A stretch of DNA of 20,049 nt from Rotaria sordida (taxonomy: Eukaryota). Positions 1 through 11,040 of the stretch are shown piece after piece (position 1 is the stretch's first letter; each line of letters starts with the position of its first letter). A program made the position numbers and the translations under genes. The notes below the pieces were generated by a model. The model searched no databases. It had not been told where the DNA came from and worked only from the letters and a program-made list of their open reading frames with translations. The stretch lies in the NCBI GenBank assembly GCA_905250005.1, contig CAJNOH010002538.1, forward strand, positions 1-20,049, written 5' to 3'.

Positions 1-360
1 CAATGTAAGTATTGTTATGAAAATTTAATTTAGAATTGTTCTTTCAAGAAAATAGAAACGAAGTTTTCTTTTTACTCTTCCAACTATTTCTTTATTTGTT
101 CAAGTCTTTCTCAAGATAAATAAGATCATTTTTGAAACAACATACCCATTCTTGTTATTGGTATAAATCAATAATAAATCATATTCTTTTTTAACATTCT
201 CATGCTTTTTATAATTTCATATAATTCATAAAAAAACAGATGAATTCTAAAAACATCATAGAATAAATTTCTATCATAAATCGATATATCCTAACATATA
301 TTATCATTGAAATCAAAAACATTGTAAAAAAATATGAATCATAATATAACATCATTGAAT

Positions 361-640
361 GAATGAATTTCGTTATAAATTAATGCATTGTAAAGCAATG
401 AATTTAAATAACATCATTCAATAAATTTCATTCTAAAATAATACATTGTAACACAATATCATACAATAAGTTTCATTCTAAATCAAAACATTTTAATACA
501 TCACGAAATTGATAAATTTCATTGTAATATAATGCATTTATTGAATTGTACAGAAATGAATTTTAATAACACCTACCCCTAGATTTCGTTCTAAAAAAAT
601 GCATCATTATATAATATCGATCAATAAATATCATCGGAAA
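361..640. repeat. Highly diverged AT-rich tandem-like repeat
   Basis: Recurring 'aataaatttcattctaaaataatgcattgtaa' variants about every 40-60 nt, with similar motifs also at ~260-300 and ~890-970. Confidence 0.4.
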
Positions 641-3611
641 TTAATGTATTTTAATTCTTTGCGTCCCAAATTATTTCTGCTGGACGCTGACACGTCCAGA
701 TAAAAACCAACATGGTCGCATACGGATTCACGCGCGCACAACTACACACCCATATCTACTAATTCGATACCCACCACATCCACACCGTTGAACATTCTTT
801 ATTGCTACATTTCAGTAAATTAGATAATAATTATTAAACATGTATAGATTTCTTTTTCCTACTATAGAATTCAAAGGTTTAACATAACATTATGTAATAA
901 ATTTCATTATAAACTCATACGTAGCATTGCAAATATATTTCATTTATAATATTGTAAATAATTATACATTGATAACTGTATGTCATTCATGAAAAATCAT
1001 AATGTAAAATAATACTAATTATTGTAAGTAATATAAAAAATTGTAAACGTGAAAAATAAATCATGTGAGTGTCATGTTTTATCTTTATTGAGCATGCTCA
1101 TGATTTGTTCGATCGAATCGTATGAGAATACTGGTGAAAATGTGTTTCTTATATATATGTGTTCAAACATACACATTACCAATCAAAGACATTCTAATGA
1201 TGTTGATATTAATTTGACGAACGATAATTGACGATGATGTGCACATTCGAATATAATTGATTTGATTAATCATCACATGATTAATTGAAATGATGAGACA
1301 CGAATTAATTTCATCGTTTTTCATGTGCATGGATGTGAATACTTGTCCTTTGTTCATATACAGTCCTTCATGGATAATAGATATTCTTTTCTTTCTTTGT
1401 TTTTTGGATCAGAAGACATTTCTATTCATCATCATCATCATCGAAAAAATAAAAGCAATTAATATGAATCATAAATCATAGAATTATTTTTTCGTACGAC
1501 TTTTGAAAATTAATTAGAGTGCATTATTCAAATGAACATATTCATTTTCTTGGAAACACAAGATCAACAAGTCTGTTGAATACGACTGTACTGTCATTAT
1601 ATAAAAACTCGTTAAGACAAACCCAAATAATTGTATAGAAAATTAAAAAGTTTTCATAAAATTTGATTTCTATTCCATCGAATGAATATTTCTGTTGAAA
1701 TCAAATCACTAATATCCAGTTGAAACTTTTAAACGAGTATTTTTATCAATTGAAATGAAATCCTTTATTAAGAAAAAAAAATTGAAAATAAAAATCACTT
1801 CAATACGTCTACTTTAAGATAAATTTCGATTTCATATGATTGATTTGCTGATATATAATCAATTTTTCAGTTGAATATTGATAGTAGTAAATAAAATATG
1901 CATACATGATTCAATCTGAACAAACAATATCAGTAGCACATGACTTATTTTCTATCAAAAACCAATTTTTGTTTTCGTCGATATTATTATTTTTATTGTA
2001 CTCGAAAAATACCTAAGGAGCGAGCTTTTATCATTCGACTCGTGTGAAAATACTTTTGACTTCAAAAATGAAGAAATATTCCCTCAAAATGTTTCGTCGA
2101 TACGTAGGATTAGTAGATGAAAGTTCTACAAGTGAAAACTTCTTTGCTACTAAACTGAAAGAGGAATGATTATCTTTAGAAAAACAATTTAAAATTAAGA
2201 AGTTGGTTTTTACTTTTGAATAAGTAATATTGTTATTCATCCATCAGATATATTAATTCGATCATAGGGTTTCTATCATGTTGTTTGTTCTTATTCATAT
2301 GTAATTATTATTGATGGATATGAAGTAACAGATCGATTTAAAAATTTTCTTTTGTTTTCCTAGTAAATAAGAGTTTTTACTGTCTACCTTGTTTTTCTAT
2401 TATTAATAAATGATTACTTAAGTTTTTGCACAAAGAATGAAAAAAAACTTTAATGTTGTTTTTTCAGATCCATGTAAATGAATCAAACTTCATATTCCAA
2501 ATGAAAATCACTTTTTCTTATATATTTGAATAAATCAACGATAAAATTGAATATAGCTAAATTAGTCATTTACAAAAATTTATATAAACAATCATTTAAC
2601 TTAGACTACTATCCTTTCATGTAATACTATAAGCGATTATAGCTTTTGAGTCTTGAGGGCTAGCATTGTTGACAATTTTCTCACAAATATGAACTAACTT
2701 CCAGCTAGAGTCGAGTTTGTTACACCAGTTAGAATTTCATTTAATTACGTTGACGGTTGCCATATCATTCGTGCAGATCAACAATCAACACCAGGAAAAA
2801 AAACTTCTATTGATTTTGAAGAAACTAGAAAAAAATTATATCATAAAAAATAATATTGATTGTTCAATAGTTATGAAAAGACTAGAGAATATTTAATTGA
2901 AATATTTTCTTTTAGTTTTAAGAAAATTATTTTCTTGTTTACTTGAATATTTTGCCTATTGTAAATAATAACTTCTCATTTGGATTTAAATAATATATCG
3001 TAAAATATTTTTTCTACTAGTATAACTAGATGGAAATTTTGTTGCTACAGAACGTTTTACATCAAAGTATTTTCTAATTTTTGCTGGTAAATTATTCATT
3101 TTTTTTGTATGTTTTTAAATTAGATTCGATTTCAATTATTGAACTGTCAATGAAATTCGATTGTGTGTTATTCATTTTAATACAATTTGACTTCATAGTC
3201 GATTAAATAACCATTAATTTCAAATAGTTATTACCAATTTATGTTAAATTTTCTAGTTGATCAGGAATTTGGAAGAAAAGAATTTTATCACGAGAAAGCA
3301 ATGATGAATAGAACCTCTGTATTAGTCTATTTGAAAAAGCAACTATGTAGCAAAGAGAAAAACAATCAATTATGTGTTTGAATCTTGGAAGATGTAAGGT
3401 AAAATTGTGATGAACTCAATGCATTATGAACACTATCACGAGCTATCTTCTTTAGATTCATTTTACTGATACGAAACACATAAACTTAAGAATTTATCTT
3501 CAGGGATAATCAACTAGCAGAAAAACATTCAATCTTTACTTATTTAGTGTTGCGACTGGAGGTATATTTTGTTATGAACTTTTTAACAATTTGACAAATT
3601 TCCTTTATGTA

Positions 3612-4226
3612 TACACTCTAAGTTAAAATGTGTCGCATGTGTCGTGATTCGCAACATATTCCACGACACATTCAAGCACGACACGAGGTGCTCGTTGCAA
3701 CACATTCTCTCCAGCAAGCGTACGACACATTATCCCACGACACATCCGACACATTCTGAAATCGCGGTTCGAGCCTCGGTTTCACCGTATCTATAATTTT
3801 TTTTCTTTGATGCATTATATCCATCAATGTTTAACTAGCACAATTAACATCAGTGTTTGATGCAACACCGTTAAAAAGTCTGATCTTGAGATCCAACCGT
3901 GCAAGACTAGTCAGATCTTGATCAGACTACTGCCAGGTAGATCTCTCTTAAAGTGAGGTCATTATTTCTCGAAATATTTACAAGAAATATATAATCGAGA
4001 AATATATTACATAGAGTGGTGCATGAAAACTTATGATTCTCATGTAATAGTTCAGATAGATTATATATACATATACACGCGGAACAAAATGGTGAATGAA
4101 CAGTCGTCATATATGCACAGAACGGTTAAAAATACGACAGATTAAAGTGCGACATATTTTCTTGCTGGAACCCACGACACTATAATTTACGACGGAAAAA
4201 GTCGACACATTTTAACTTAGAGTGTA
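3612..4226. mobile_element. MITE-like nonautonomous element, Tc1/mariner-style TA target duplication
   Basis: Left end TACACTCTAAGTTAAAATGTGTCG and right end CGACACATTTTAACTTAGAGTGTA are perfect 24-nt inverted repeats, each flanked by TA (3610-3611, 4227-4228). No transposase ORF inside. Confidence 0.85.
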
Positions 4227-4432
4227 TATCCGTTTGATATATTCATAACGACATACCGAAACTATGATATTGATTAATGCTGAAATTTGGAACTCGATTG
4301 TATGAGGACTTTGTTAATTTAATGCTATGTATCATACAATCGCTTATTTATCACATTTATGACCATTTGAAATTCAACGAAGAATTTGAAATGTCCTCGA
4401 ATGTTCCAGAAGAATCTAAGCATAAAATTTAC

Positions 4433-4551
4433 TTGTAATGTACTCAGCAGCCTTTGATTTTTATTAGCTCTTTGAATTGATAATTTTCGTTCGAGTTCGT
4501 CCATTGTGCAGATAAAAGTTTGAATAGGATCAATACCATGAGTGCTTTCTT
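4433..4551 (-). CDS. Possible exon, minus strand: (Q)ESTHGIDPIQTFICTMDELERKLSIQRANKNQRLLSTLQ
   Basis: Candidate acceptor ataattgaag|aa, donor caa|gtaaat, phase-compatible with the upstream candidate exon. Lies within the 80-aa ORF 4325-4567. Could be chance. Confidence 0.25.
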
Positions 4552-4601
4552 CTTCAATTATGATCATTTTAAAGAATTTTCCGATTATTATTGGATATTA
4601 C

Positions 4602-4740
4602 GAGAAAAAATGAATCGTAGAATTTCAGTCTGACATGCTACTCGAAGATAGTTCTCATAATTCTTACAATATCCTGCAAAATTGGCTGTTTTTGTTTTAA
4701 GATAATAGAAATGCAAAATCATTAGTTTCTTGCAAACCAT
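4602..4740 (-). CDS. Possible exon, minus strand: MVCKKLMILHFYYLKTKTANFAGYCKNYENYLRVACQTEILRFIFS
   Basis: Open frame starting with ATG, ending at candidate donor c|gtaata. It joins in frame across a 50-nt intron (4552-4601) to the next candidate exon. No homology recognised. Confidence 0.25.
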
Positions 4741-6081
4741 TCAAAAAAACATAGTTTTTATTTTGAGGAGACAATATCTTCAGAAGAAGAAACCATCCGC
4801 TTTCGCTGAAACTTCGAAGATATAATAGTGGCATTGAGATCTGTCTTCAGGTAAAATTTCAGACTAAAATTCTGCAATGGTTTGAAAATTCATTAAAATA
4901 ATCATAACGCAAGAAAACAACACTCTTTTTCTTGTATAGATCAATAAATTCAATCTAAAACCAAACAAAAAAACTTTAGTTATTCAATTTATCTAGTTTG
5001 TAAATTTGTCTCGCTTTAAATGAATTCAGAATTTCATTAATTTATGATAAAGATGAATCTTGCCATTTAATCATAATTGCTATAAAATTAACTGGTTCAA
5101 ATTGAATAATTGTTCGCGTACCTATTGCTGTGCCTTCAAGTGTACGAACTTTAATTATTTCGCTTGCTGGACCAATACATCAACATTATTAACGACTGAT
5201 AATACAGATATTAAATATGATTTTCATGTCATTACATGTAAAATTAGAAAAATAAAATTTGATTAGTTTTTGTATCGATGCACAAAACAAAAGGACTTTT
5301 AAAATATATGATGGTGTTGATGAATTAATACGAATTGATTTCCAATTTATATTTGGATAATTTAATGCATAATTAATATTACAACTAATTAATTATATAT
5401 TAATACTTGATTCTTTTTTATTCATAAATAATCTTACTTTCTTCTGGTAAAGTTATTTTGTTATTAGAAGTACTTATTTTGACCTAAACGTAAATAAAAT
5501 AGTTCGTTTTGTTTTCACTTGAAGTACTTAGGGTTAGTAGCGGTAGTACTTTAACACCTTATAGAAGACTTGACGAAATTTTCTCTATAAATATTCTGAT
5601 TGCTTAAATAGTGTTCAATAGCATTTGATCACTTTACAGTTGCTATGATTTCTATATTCAAGCTCGTACTAAAACATGCCGGAAAAACAAATTTAGTCTC
5701 GGTCACCGGAGACTTAGACTATGAGAAAAAAAGGTTATCCGAAGTGGAACTAAAGATTATAGTTAAATATTCTATAGTTTTAAGCGAATAATCTTATAAA
5801 TCAGAACATAATTCAAAAGAGACGATCGAAGATTCACTAAATAAATCAATAAACGAGTACTGAATAATTTTCTTTTCTTCAGACTGGGACTGCGGTCACA
5901 AAAACTTGATTCCAATCATGCCTACTCATACTGCACTATAGTTTCAAATGGGAACTATGTTTTATTTTCGGCAATCTAACTCTACCTCTCAGACCAATTG
6001 AAAGATGATGCACGTGCTTTTAAAAAGGACGTGAATAGGAAGAACGACCTATAAAACCTGTAAATCAGGCTATATCTTTCA

Positions 6082-6243
6082 GGGTGTGTGTGGGTGTGTG
6101 TGGAGTGTGTGTGTGTGTGTGGAGTGTGGGTGTGTGGGTGGATGTGTGAATGTGAGTGTGGGTGTGTGGGTGTGTGGGTGAGTGGGTGTGGGTGTGGGTG
6201 TGAATGAAGAACATAGACACACCCACCACCCACACCCACACCC
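6082..6243. repeat. GT/GGGTGT-rich telomere-like simple repeat followed by an inverted CCCACA arm
   Basis: 6082-6202 is a (GGGTGT/GT)n mixture ending gtgggtgtgggtgtgggtgtg. After a ~14-nt spacer, 6217-6243 reads cacacccaccacccacacccacaccc. Confidence 0.85.
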
Positions 6244-6341
6244 AATTCTGTACTTTTCCTTTCTAATCTTAAAAAACTTCATTCGGTAACAAATAAGAAG
6301 GTTGAAATTGCTTGGAAACTATTTATAAATGCGAGACAATA

Positions 6342-8462
6342 TTACAGTTCTTGCTGAAGTTTTTCCAAGAGGGTGCAGTGTTGAAGAAGCAATGGATCAT
6401 CACATGTTGAAACTTTGGTTAGAATATTAACAGTCTGCTGAAGATGTGACACTGCTTCGGCAATGCGATTGAGAGTATACAAAGTTAACGCTATGTTCGA
6501 GTGTGTTATAGCAAGAGACGGATGATCAGATGGTAGCGAGTGTTGTTCAATGTTTAATGCTTTGAATTCGAATCTAAGTGCTATTTCATATTCATTTAGA
6601 TCATCATAAATCAAAGCTATATTAGCGTAGGTTATGGCTAAATCAGGATGCAAAGCTGGCAGATATTCGATTTCCAGTTCTAAACACTCTTCATACATAT
6701 GCAATGCTTCCAGCAACTTTCCTTGATGTCGCAGTACACCAGCAATATTATTTCGAACCGTACTAATAGCTTCGATATCAATTTGATCAAGTTGATTGAT
6801 TAAGGAGAGCGCACATTTATATTCATCGAATGCATCCGATAAATGTCCTTGTTGTTCTAACGTTGAACCAATACCATTGTGACTCATGGCTAATCCTAGA
6901 AGATCTGTTGGAGATCTTACAGCGAGCGATTCTTTGTAATGTTTGGTCGCCATTGTATAATCTCCAATCATGGCGTTGATAAATCCCAATTGATGGTGAA
7001 AATAAGCTTGTTTTCTATGATCTTCATCACGTAAACTTGAGGCTAATGATACTTCAATCAAAGGTTTCACCATTTTCCATTTGCCCATTTCCATTAGTAA
7101 GTTCTCCAGACGATTCCAACCAGTTGGACCTTCAATCCTTTTCCTTATATAATCTGTAAGTGTATGTAATTGCTGATCGTTTTCATGCGTCATGGTTAAA
7201 TTCACACGCCAAATACCGTCATTCATATTTTCTTCAATTGACTGAATACGAAATACACTATGCATAGAAAACAAGATTTCTTCTTCATCAGCAATAGCAG
7301 AATTGTGACTAAGAGCAGCATACGGACATCGTGACATACTTCCATCAATAATAATATCGAAAAGAACAGCCACACTATCCGGATCGTTGCGAAGAACAAA
7401 TATTTCTGCTACGGTTGCATTTTCACTGGTTGAGAGAAAGCTATTGAATGAAAGAAGACCACCAACTTTGTTTCTGATCTTAGAATCGAATTCTTTACGA
7501 TTCATACCTTGACCTCGATAAACATGAAAGCAAGCAGACGATCTTGATGACATGGTGATGGAATGAAGATGTTCGATCTGTTTGTGAAGATGTCGTAGGA
7601 TAAAAGTCATTCGAACTAAAATTTCAATATCCTGACTTCGTAACGAACGATTGAGTAGTTCAAAGAGGAAACATGGTTGACTATACCAATAAATCACACG
7701 ATCTTGACAATAATCATGTTCAAATCGATCGATGGTTCGTAATGTAGCAATATTATCAGCGTATTCATACCGACAATAGTCGACGAAATCCTGTTTTGCT
7801 GTTTCATCATCGTATTCAAGTTCAAGAAGAATTTCTTTTAATAATACTGAATACATAAATGACGAATCAAGTTGATTGGCACTGATTGAGGTAAATGTCA
7901 TATCAGTGTATCGTCTCTTCTCTTCAAGAAGTAATTTTGTGAAGAATTCTATATTGTCGAATGAGATATATTTAGTCTTGCCATGGTTGATATGTTGCTG
8001 ATTAGTCAATTGCGTATCACAAAGAATATGAATTTCATGTACTTGGTGCATGTTCTCAACCAATGGTACTAGTTCATCTTTGCGATTGGAAGAAATAATC
8101 AGATGGCTTCTATGGTTTGTAGTCTTCATAAGAAAATCGATACATTCATTTGTATTGGAAAATATTTTCGTACAATCAATGACATTTTGAAGATGATTGA
8201 TTTTCTCTTGCTGTACCGTTGACATCTCTGTGTCAATGAATAGAACTATCATAAATATATGGTTATTGCTCGTTTCATTTTCACATGAAGTTAAAATAGC
8301 TTTGTTAATATAGGACGACCGAAGATATTTCCAATTGTGAGTTATTGGTGGCCAAACTTGTTCACAAGAAGTGAGAATAAAATTATTCGGTACTGTCGAT
8401 GGTACATCTCTTCGATTTCGACGCAAAAAACAACCAAATTTTTGCCACCATCTTTGCAACAT
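6342..8462 (-). CDS. NAD:arginine ADP-ribosyltransferase (ART, R-S-E type) domain protein with C-terminal kinesin-light-chain-like TPRs
   Basis: Intact 706-aa ORF with stop at 6342-6344. ART-like motifs: HVYRGQG (aa ~313-319), SFNSFLSTSENATVAEIF (aa ~338-355) and ADEEEILF (ExE, aa ~391-398). C-terminal half has TPR-like repeats: AMSHNGIGSTLEQQGHLSDAFDEYKCAL, STVRNNIAGVLRHQGKLLEALHMYEECLELE, AITYANIALIYDDLNEYEIALRFEFKAL, AITHSNIALTLYTLNRIAEAVSHLQQTV. Motif recognition only; no database search was run. Confidence 0.9.
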   Translation of the reverse strand: MLQRWWQKFGCFLRRNRRDVPSTVPNNFILTSCEQVWPPITHNWKYLRSSYINKAILTSCENETSNNHIFMIVLFIDTEMSTVQQEKINHLQNVIDCTKIFSNTNECIDFLMKTTNHRSHLIISSNRKDELVPLVENMHQVHEIHILCDTQLTNQQHINHGKTKYISFDNIEFFTKLLLEEKRRYTDMTFTSISANQLDSSFMYSVLLKEILLELEYDDETAKQDFVDYCRYEYADNIATLRTIDRFEHDYCQDRVIYWYSQPCFLFELLNRSLRSQDIEILVRMTFILRHLHKQIEHLHSITMSSRSSACFHVYRGQGMNRKEFDSKIRNKVGGLLSFNSFLSTSENATVAEIFVLRNDPDSVAVLFDIIIDGSMSRCPYAALSHNSAIADEEEILFSMHSVFRIQSIEENMNDGIWRVNLTMTHENDQQLHTLTDYIRKRIEGPTGWNRLENLLMEMGKWKMVKPLIEVSLASSLRDEDHRKQAYFHHQLGFINAMIGDYTMATKHYKESLAVRSPTDLLGLAMSHNGIGSTLEQQGHLSDAFDEYKCALSLINQLDQIDIEAISTVRNNIAGVLRHQGKLLEALHMYEECLELEIEYLPALHPDLAITYANIALIYDDLNEYEIALRFEFKALNIEQHSLPSDHPSLAITHSNIALTLYTLNRIAEAVSHLQQTVNILTKVSTCDDPLLLQHCTLLEKLQQEL

Positions 8463-9628
8463 TGATGTGATACACGTTGTTATTGCTCCAACCAGGTGGA
8501 CGGACGTATGTTTGAGATAAGACTAGTTACATATATAATGATATCAGGATGATTCAGAGTAGAATTTTATGCAAGAACGCAAAACTTTTTCAACTCTTCG
8601 AACGAATCATGGCGTGTCGAAAAAGTCAAACTTCTCCTGTGTGAAAACATTATCAAATTATTAACAAAGAATAATCAAAGGACTTCTAGATGAGCAAAAT
8701 AAAACAAAGGATACCCAACATGACTAGTCTCAAATATCCGTACTACCGTCTGATCTAGTCTGAACTGATTTGGAATTCATTAAGACTGGTCGTCTTGACG
8801 AGGAATACTGTGTAACTAAACATAGACTACGTAGTTCAGAACATGTCCACATTTTGTCATGACTAGTCTGTTCTATCTATTGATATTGTTCAGATTTGTC
8901 AGTGAAAGAAACAAGCCAGAAGAATAGGTGGACTAGTCTAAACTCTTCAAACAGTCTCTTTGGCTTCGATCTTATTTTCTAGGCAACTGGTTTAGACCGG
9001 TTCATATTGAAACTAGAAAGATATGTAATGTAGTGCAGGAAATTTTTGAGCATTTCCATTATTTCTTACCATATCTAATTGGGAATTAAATGCCTTTAGA
9101 ATATAAGCCAGATAGTCAAATAATAATCATTTGGTTATTATTTTTAATAAGTGCAGCCCCTCAAAACTAATAGTGACGTCAAGAGTTGACTGAATATTTG
9201 ATCATATGCAATTTAGCAATCTTGACTGATCTATATAAAAAAAACATAGGCATCAAGTACCTTTATAAGAATAAAAATTGTGTACTTTTTATACTAAAAC
9301 TACAAAAATATATTGGAGCACAAAAACTAGATAGAATTACAAAGCAGCTGTTTACGTCTAAATGACAGTTGCCTATTCATATCCTTTAAAATTTCTAAAT
9401 TTTAACAACAATCAAGAATAATTTTATTTGAAATATAATTGTAATATCTTTATAGAAGAATTATATTTGAATCTAAGAATGGATCTAAATTATAGAATTT
9501 TAGTTTATTTTTAAATTGAAATTAAAAAAATTGAAATTAAAATAAACATAATGGTGTGAGTGAGTGTTGTATGGGTTTGAATCTTCAGTCATAGCTAAAT
9601 CCAAAAACATCCATACCCACACTTTGTA

Positions 9629-9972
9629 TTTTTAGACAAGGTGAATGAAAGCCGTTAGATCGGCATGAATAGCTTATTTTCATGTAAGTACTTTTAATTA
9701 AAAAATACTGATATGACAGAAAGAAAATAATATGCTGAAGTTGCATATTTTCTTTTTTTTTCTTCATTTTTTTACTATTTTCATTTGTTTTATTATTGTT
9801 ATTCTTTCTTTTCTACGTTTCTCCGTATCAATATATGTTGTTTTTAACTATAGTGATGACAATCATACAAGTGTAAATCAATTTTTTTTATAATTCTCAA
9901 TGAGATACTATGAAACATTGTTTATTAGTAATGTTACTTCCACTGTTTATACTCATGTATCATCATCTAAAG
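9629..9972 (+). repeat. Copy 1 of a ~344-bp direct duplication
   Basis: From tttttagaca..gtgaatgaaagccgttagatcggcatgaatagctt to ctcatgtatcatcatctaaag. Near-identical to 10697-11040. Confidence 0.85.
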
Positions 9973-10156
9973 GGTGTGGGTGTGTGATTGCGGATCTTCT
10001 CGTCACCCATACCCAACAAATAAACGTTCTACACACAAGTTGTTCAGTTTTCCAAAAGCTTTCAGAATATCAAACCATTTATTCACAACCATGACTTCAT
10101 CGAGAATGTGGCTGTGAATGTTGCTGATCTAAGAAGAAAAGCCCACACCCACACCC
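9972..10156. repeat. ~185-bp segment bounded by 13-nt perfect inverted telomere-like repeats
   Basis: GGGTGTGGGTGTG at 9972-9984; CACACCCACACCC at 10144-10156. Confidence 0.75.
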
Positions 10157-10696
10157 CACTTCGAGCTATATGCATTCATAAAATTTTTGTTAGCAACGAA
10201 TATTACTAATTGACTATATACATATCCTGCTTTACAAGTTGTGTGCATTCCGCTATTTCTCATGTCTGTGCGAAATGTTTGCTTTAAGAAGTGAAAAATA
10301 CAAATGATTTTAGTATAATTAGTTTTGAATAAGAATTCAATCCTTGTAATTCTAATACACGCCCCTGACACAGATAATATTCGATATCAGTAAACAATAT
10401 AGTAGGTGTGAGCTTGAGATTGGTTGTAGATATGTTGGAGTGAAGAAAACACACATCCTAGATCCTGGCAAATTCTACCGCATCTATTGACACAAAAGAA
10501 GTCAAACAGAACTATTATATCATTCGTTTACGTTAAATTACTTTATAATTCATCGGGGCAATCAAGTAATCTTGTGAAAATTATTTCTTTTTTGAATCAA
10601 AAGTGGTACCGTATGATAATCCTTGTTCCTTAGGTGAAATGTTAACATTATGATTGTTTGACAGACCCATACATACTTTAGTCAACTCTCTAATGT

Positions 10697-11040
10697 TTTT
10701 TTAGACATGGTGCATGAAAGCCGTTAGATCGGCATGAATAGCTTGTTTTCATGTAAGTACTTTTAATTAAAAAATACTAACATGACAGAAAGAAAATAAT
10801 ATGCTGAAGTTGCATATTTTCTCTTTTTTCTCCATTTTTTTACTATTCTCATTTGTTTTATTATTGTTATTCTTTCTTTTCTGCATTTCTTCATATCAAT
10901 ATGTGTTATTTTTAGTTATGGTACTGATAGCCATACAAGTGTGAATCAACATTTTTTATGATTCTCAATGAGATACTATGAAGTATTGTTTATTAGTTAT
11001 CCTACTTTCACTTTTTATACTTATGTATCATCATCTAAAG
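10697..11040 (+). repeat. Copy 2 of the ~344-bp direct duplication
   Basis: tttttagacatggtgcatgaaagccgttagatcggcatgaatagctt ... cttatgtatcatcatctaaag. Small differences and about one net indel versus copy 1. Confidence 0.85.

Noticed and set aside
1431-1444. Short (CAT)n run
   Set aside because: Ordinary trinucleotide microsatellite of only a few units.
1049-1481. Overlapping 60-64 aa ORFs on both strands near 1.0-1.5 kb
   Set aside because: Overlapping short ORFs in AT-rich DNA with no recognisable motif or splice context.
5982-6282. 87-aa and 67-aa minus-strand ORFs rich in HPHPHTHTP
   Set aside because: Pure translation of the GT/CA simple repeat, not evidence of a protein.
8505-8960. 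Repeated ACTAGTCT/GACTAGTC motifs and a loose inverted similarity (tttgagataagactagt versus actagtctcaaatatccg)
   Set aside because: Matches are short and gapped, with no clear element boundaries. I could not support an element.
9585-9767. 60-aa minus ORF overlapping duplication copy 1
   Set aside because: Not preserved as a conserved peptide in the second copy, so it looks like an accident within the repeat.
10129-10371. 80-aa minus ORF ending in WGVGVGFSS
   Set aside because: Its end is translated telomere-like repeat and the remainder has no coding features.
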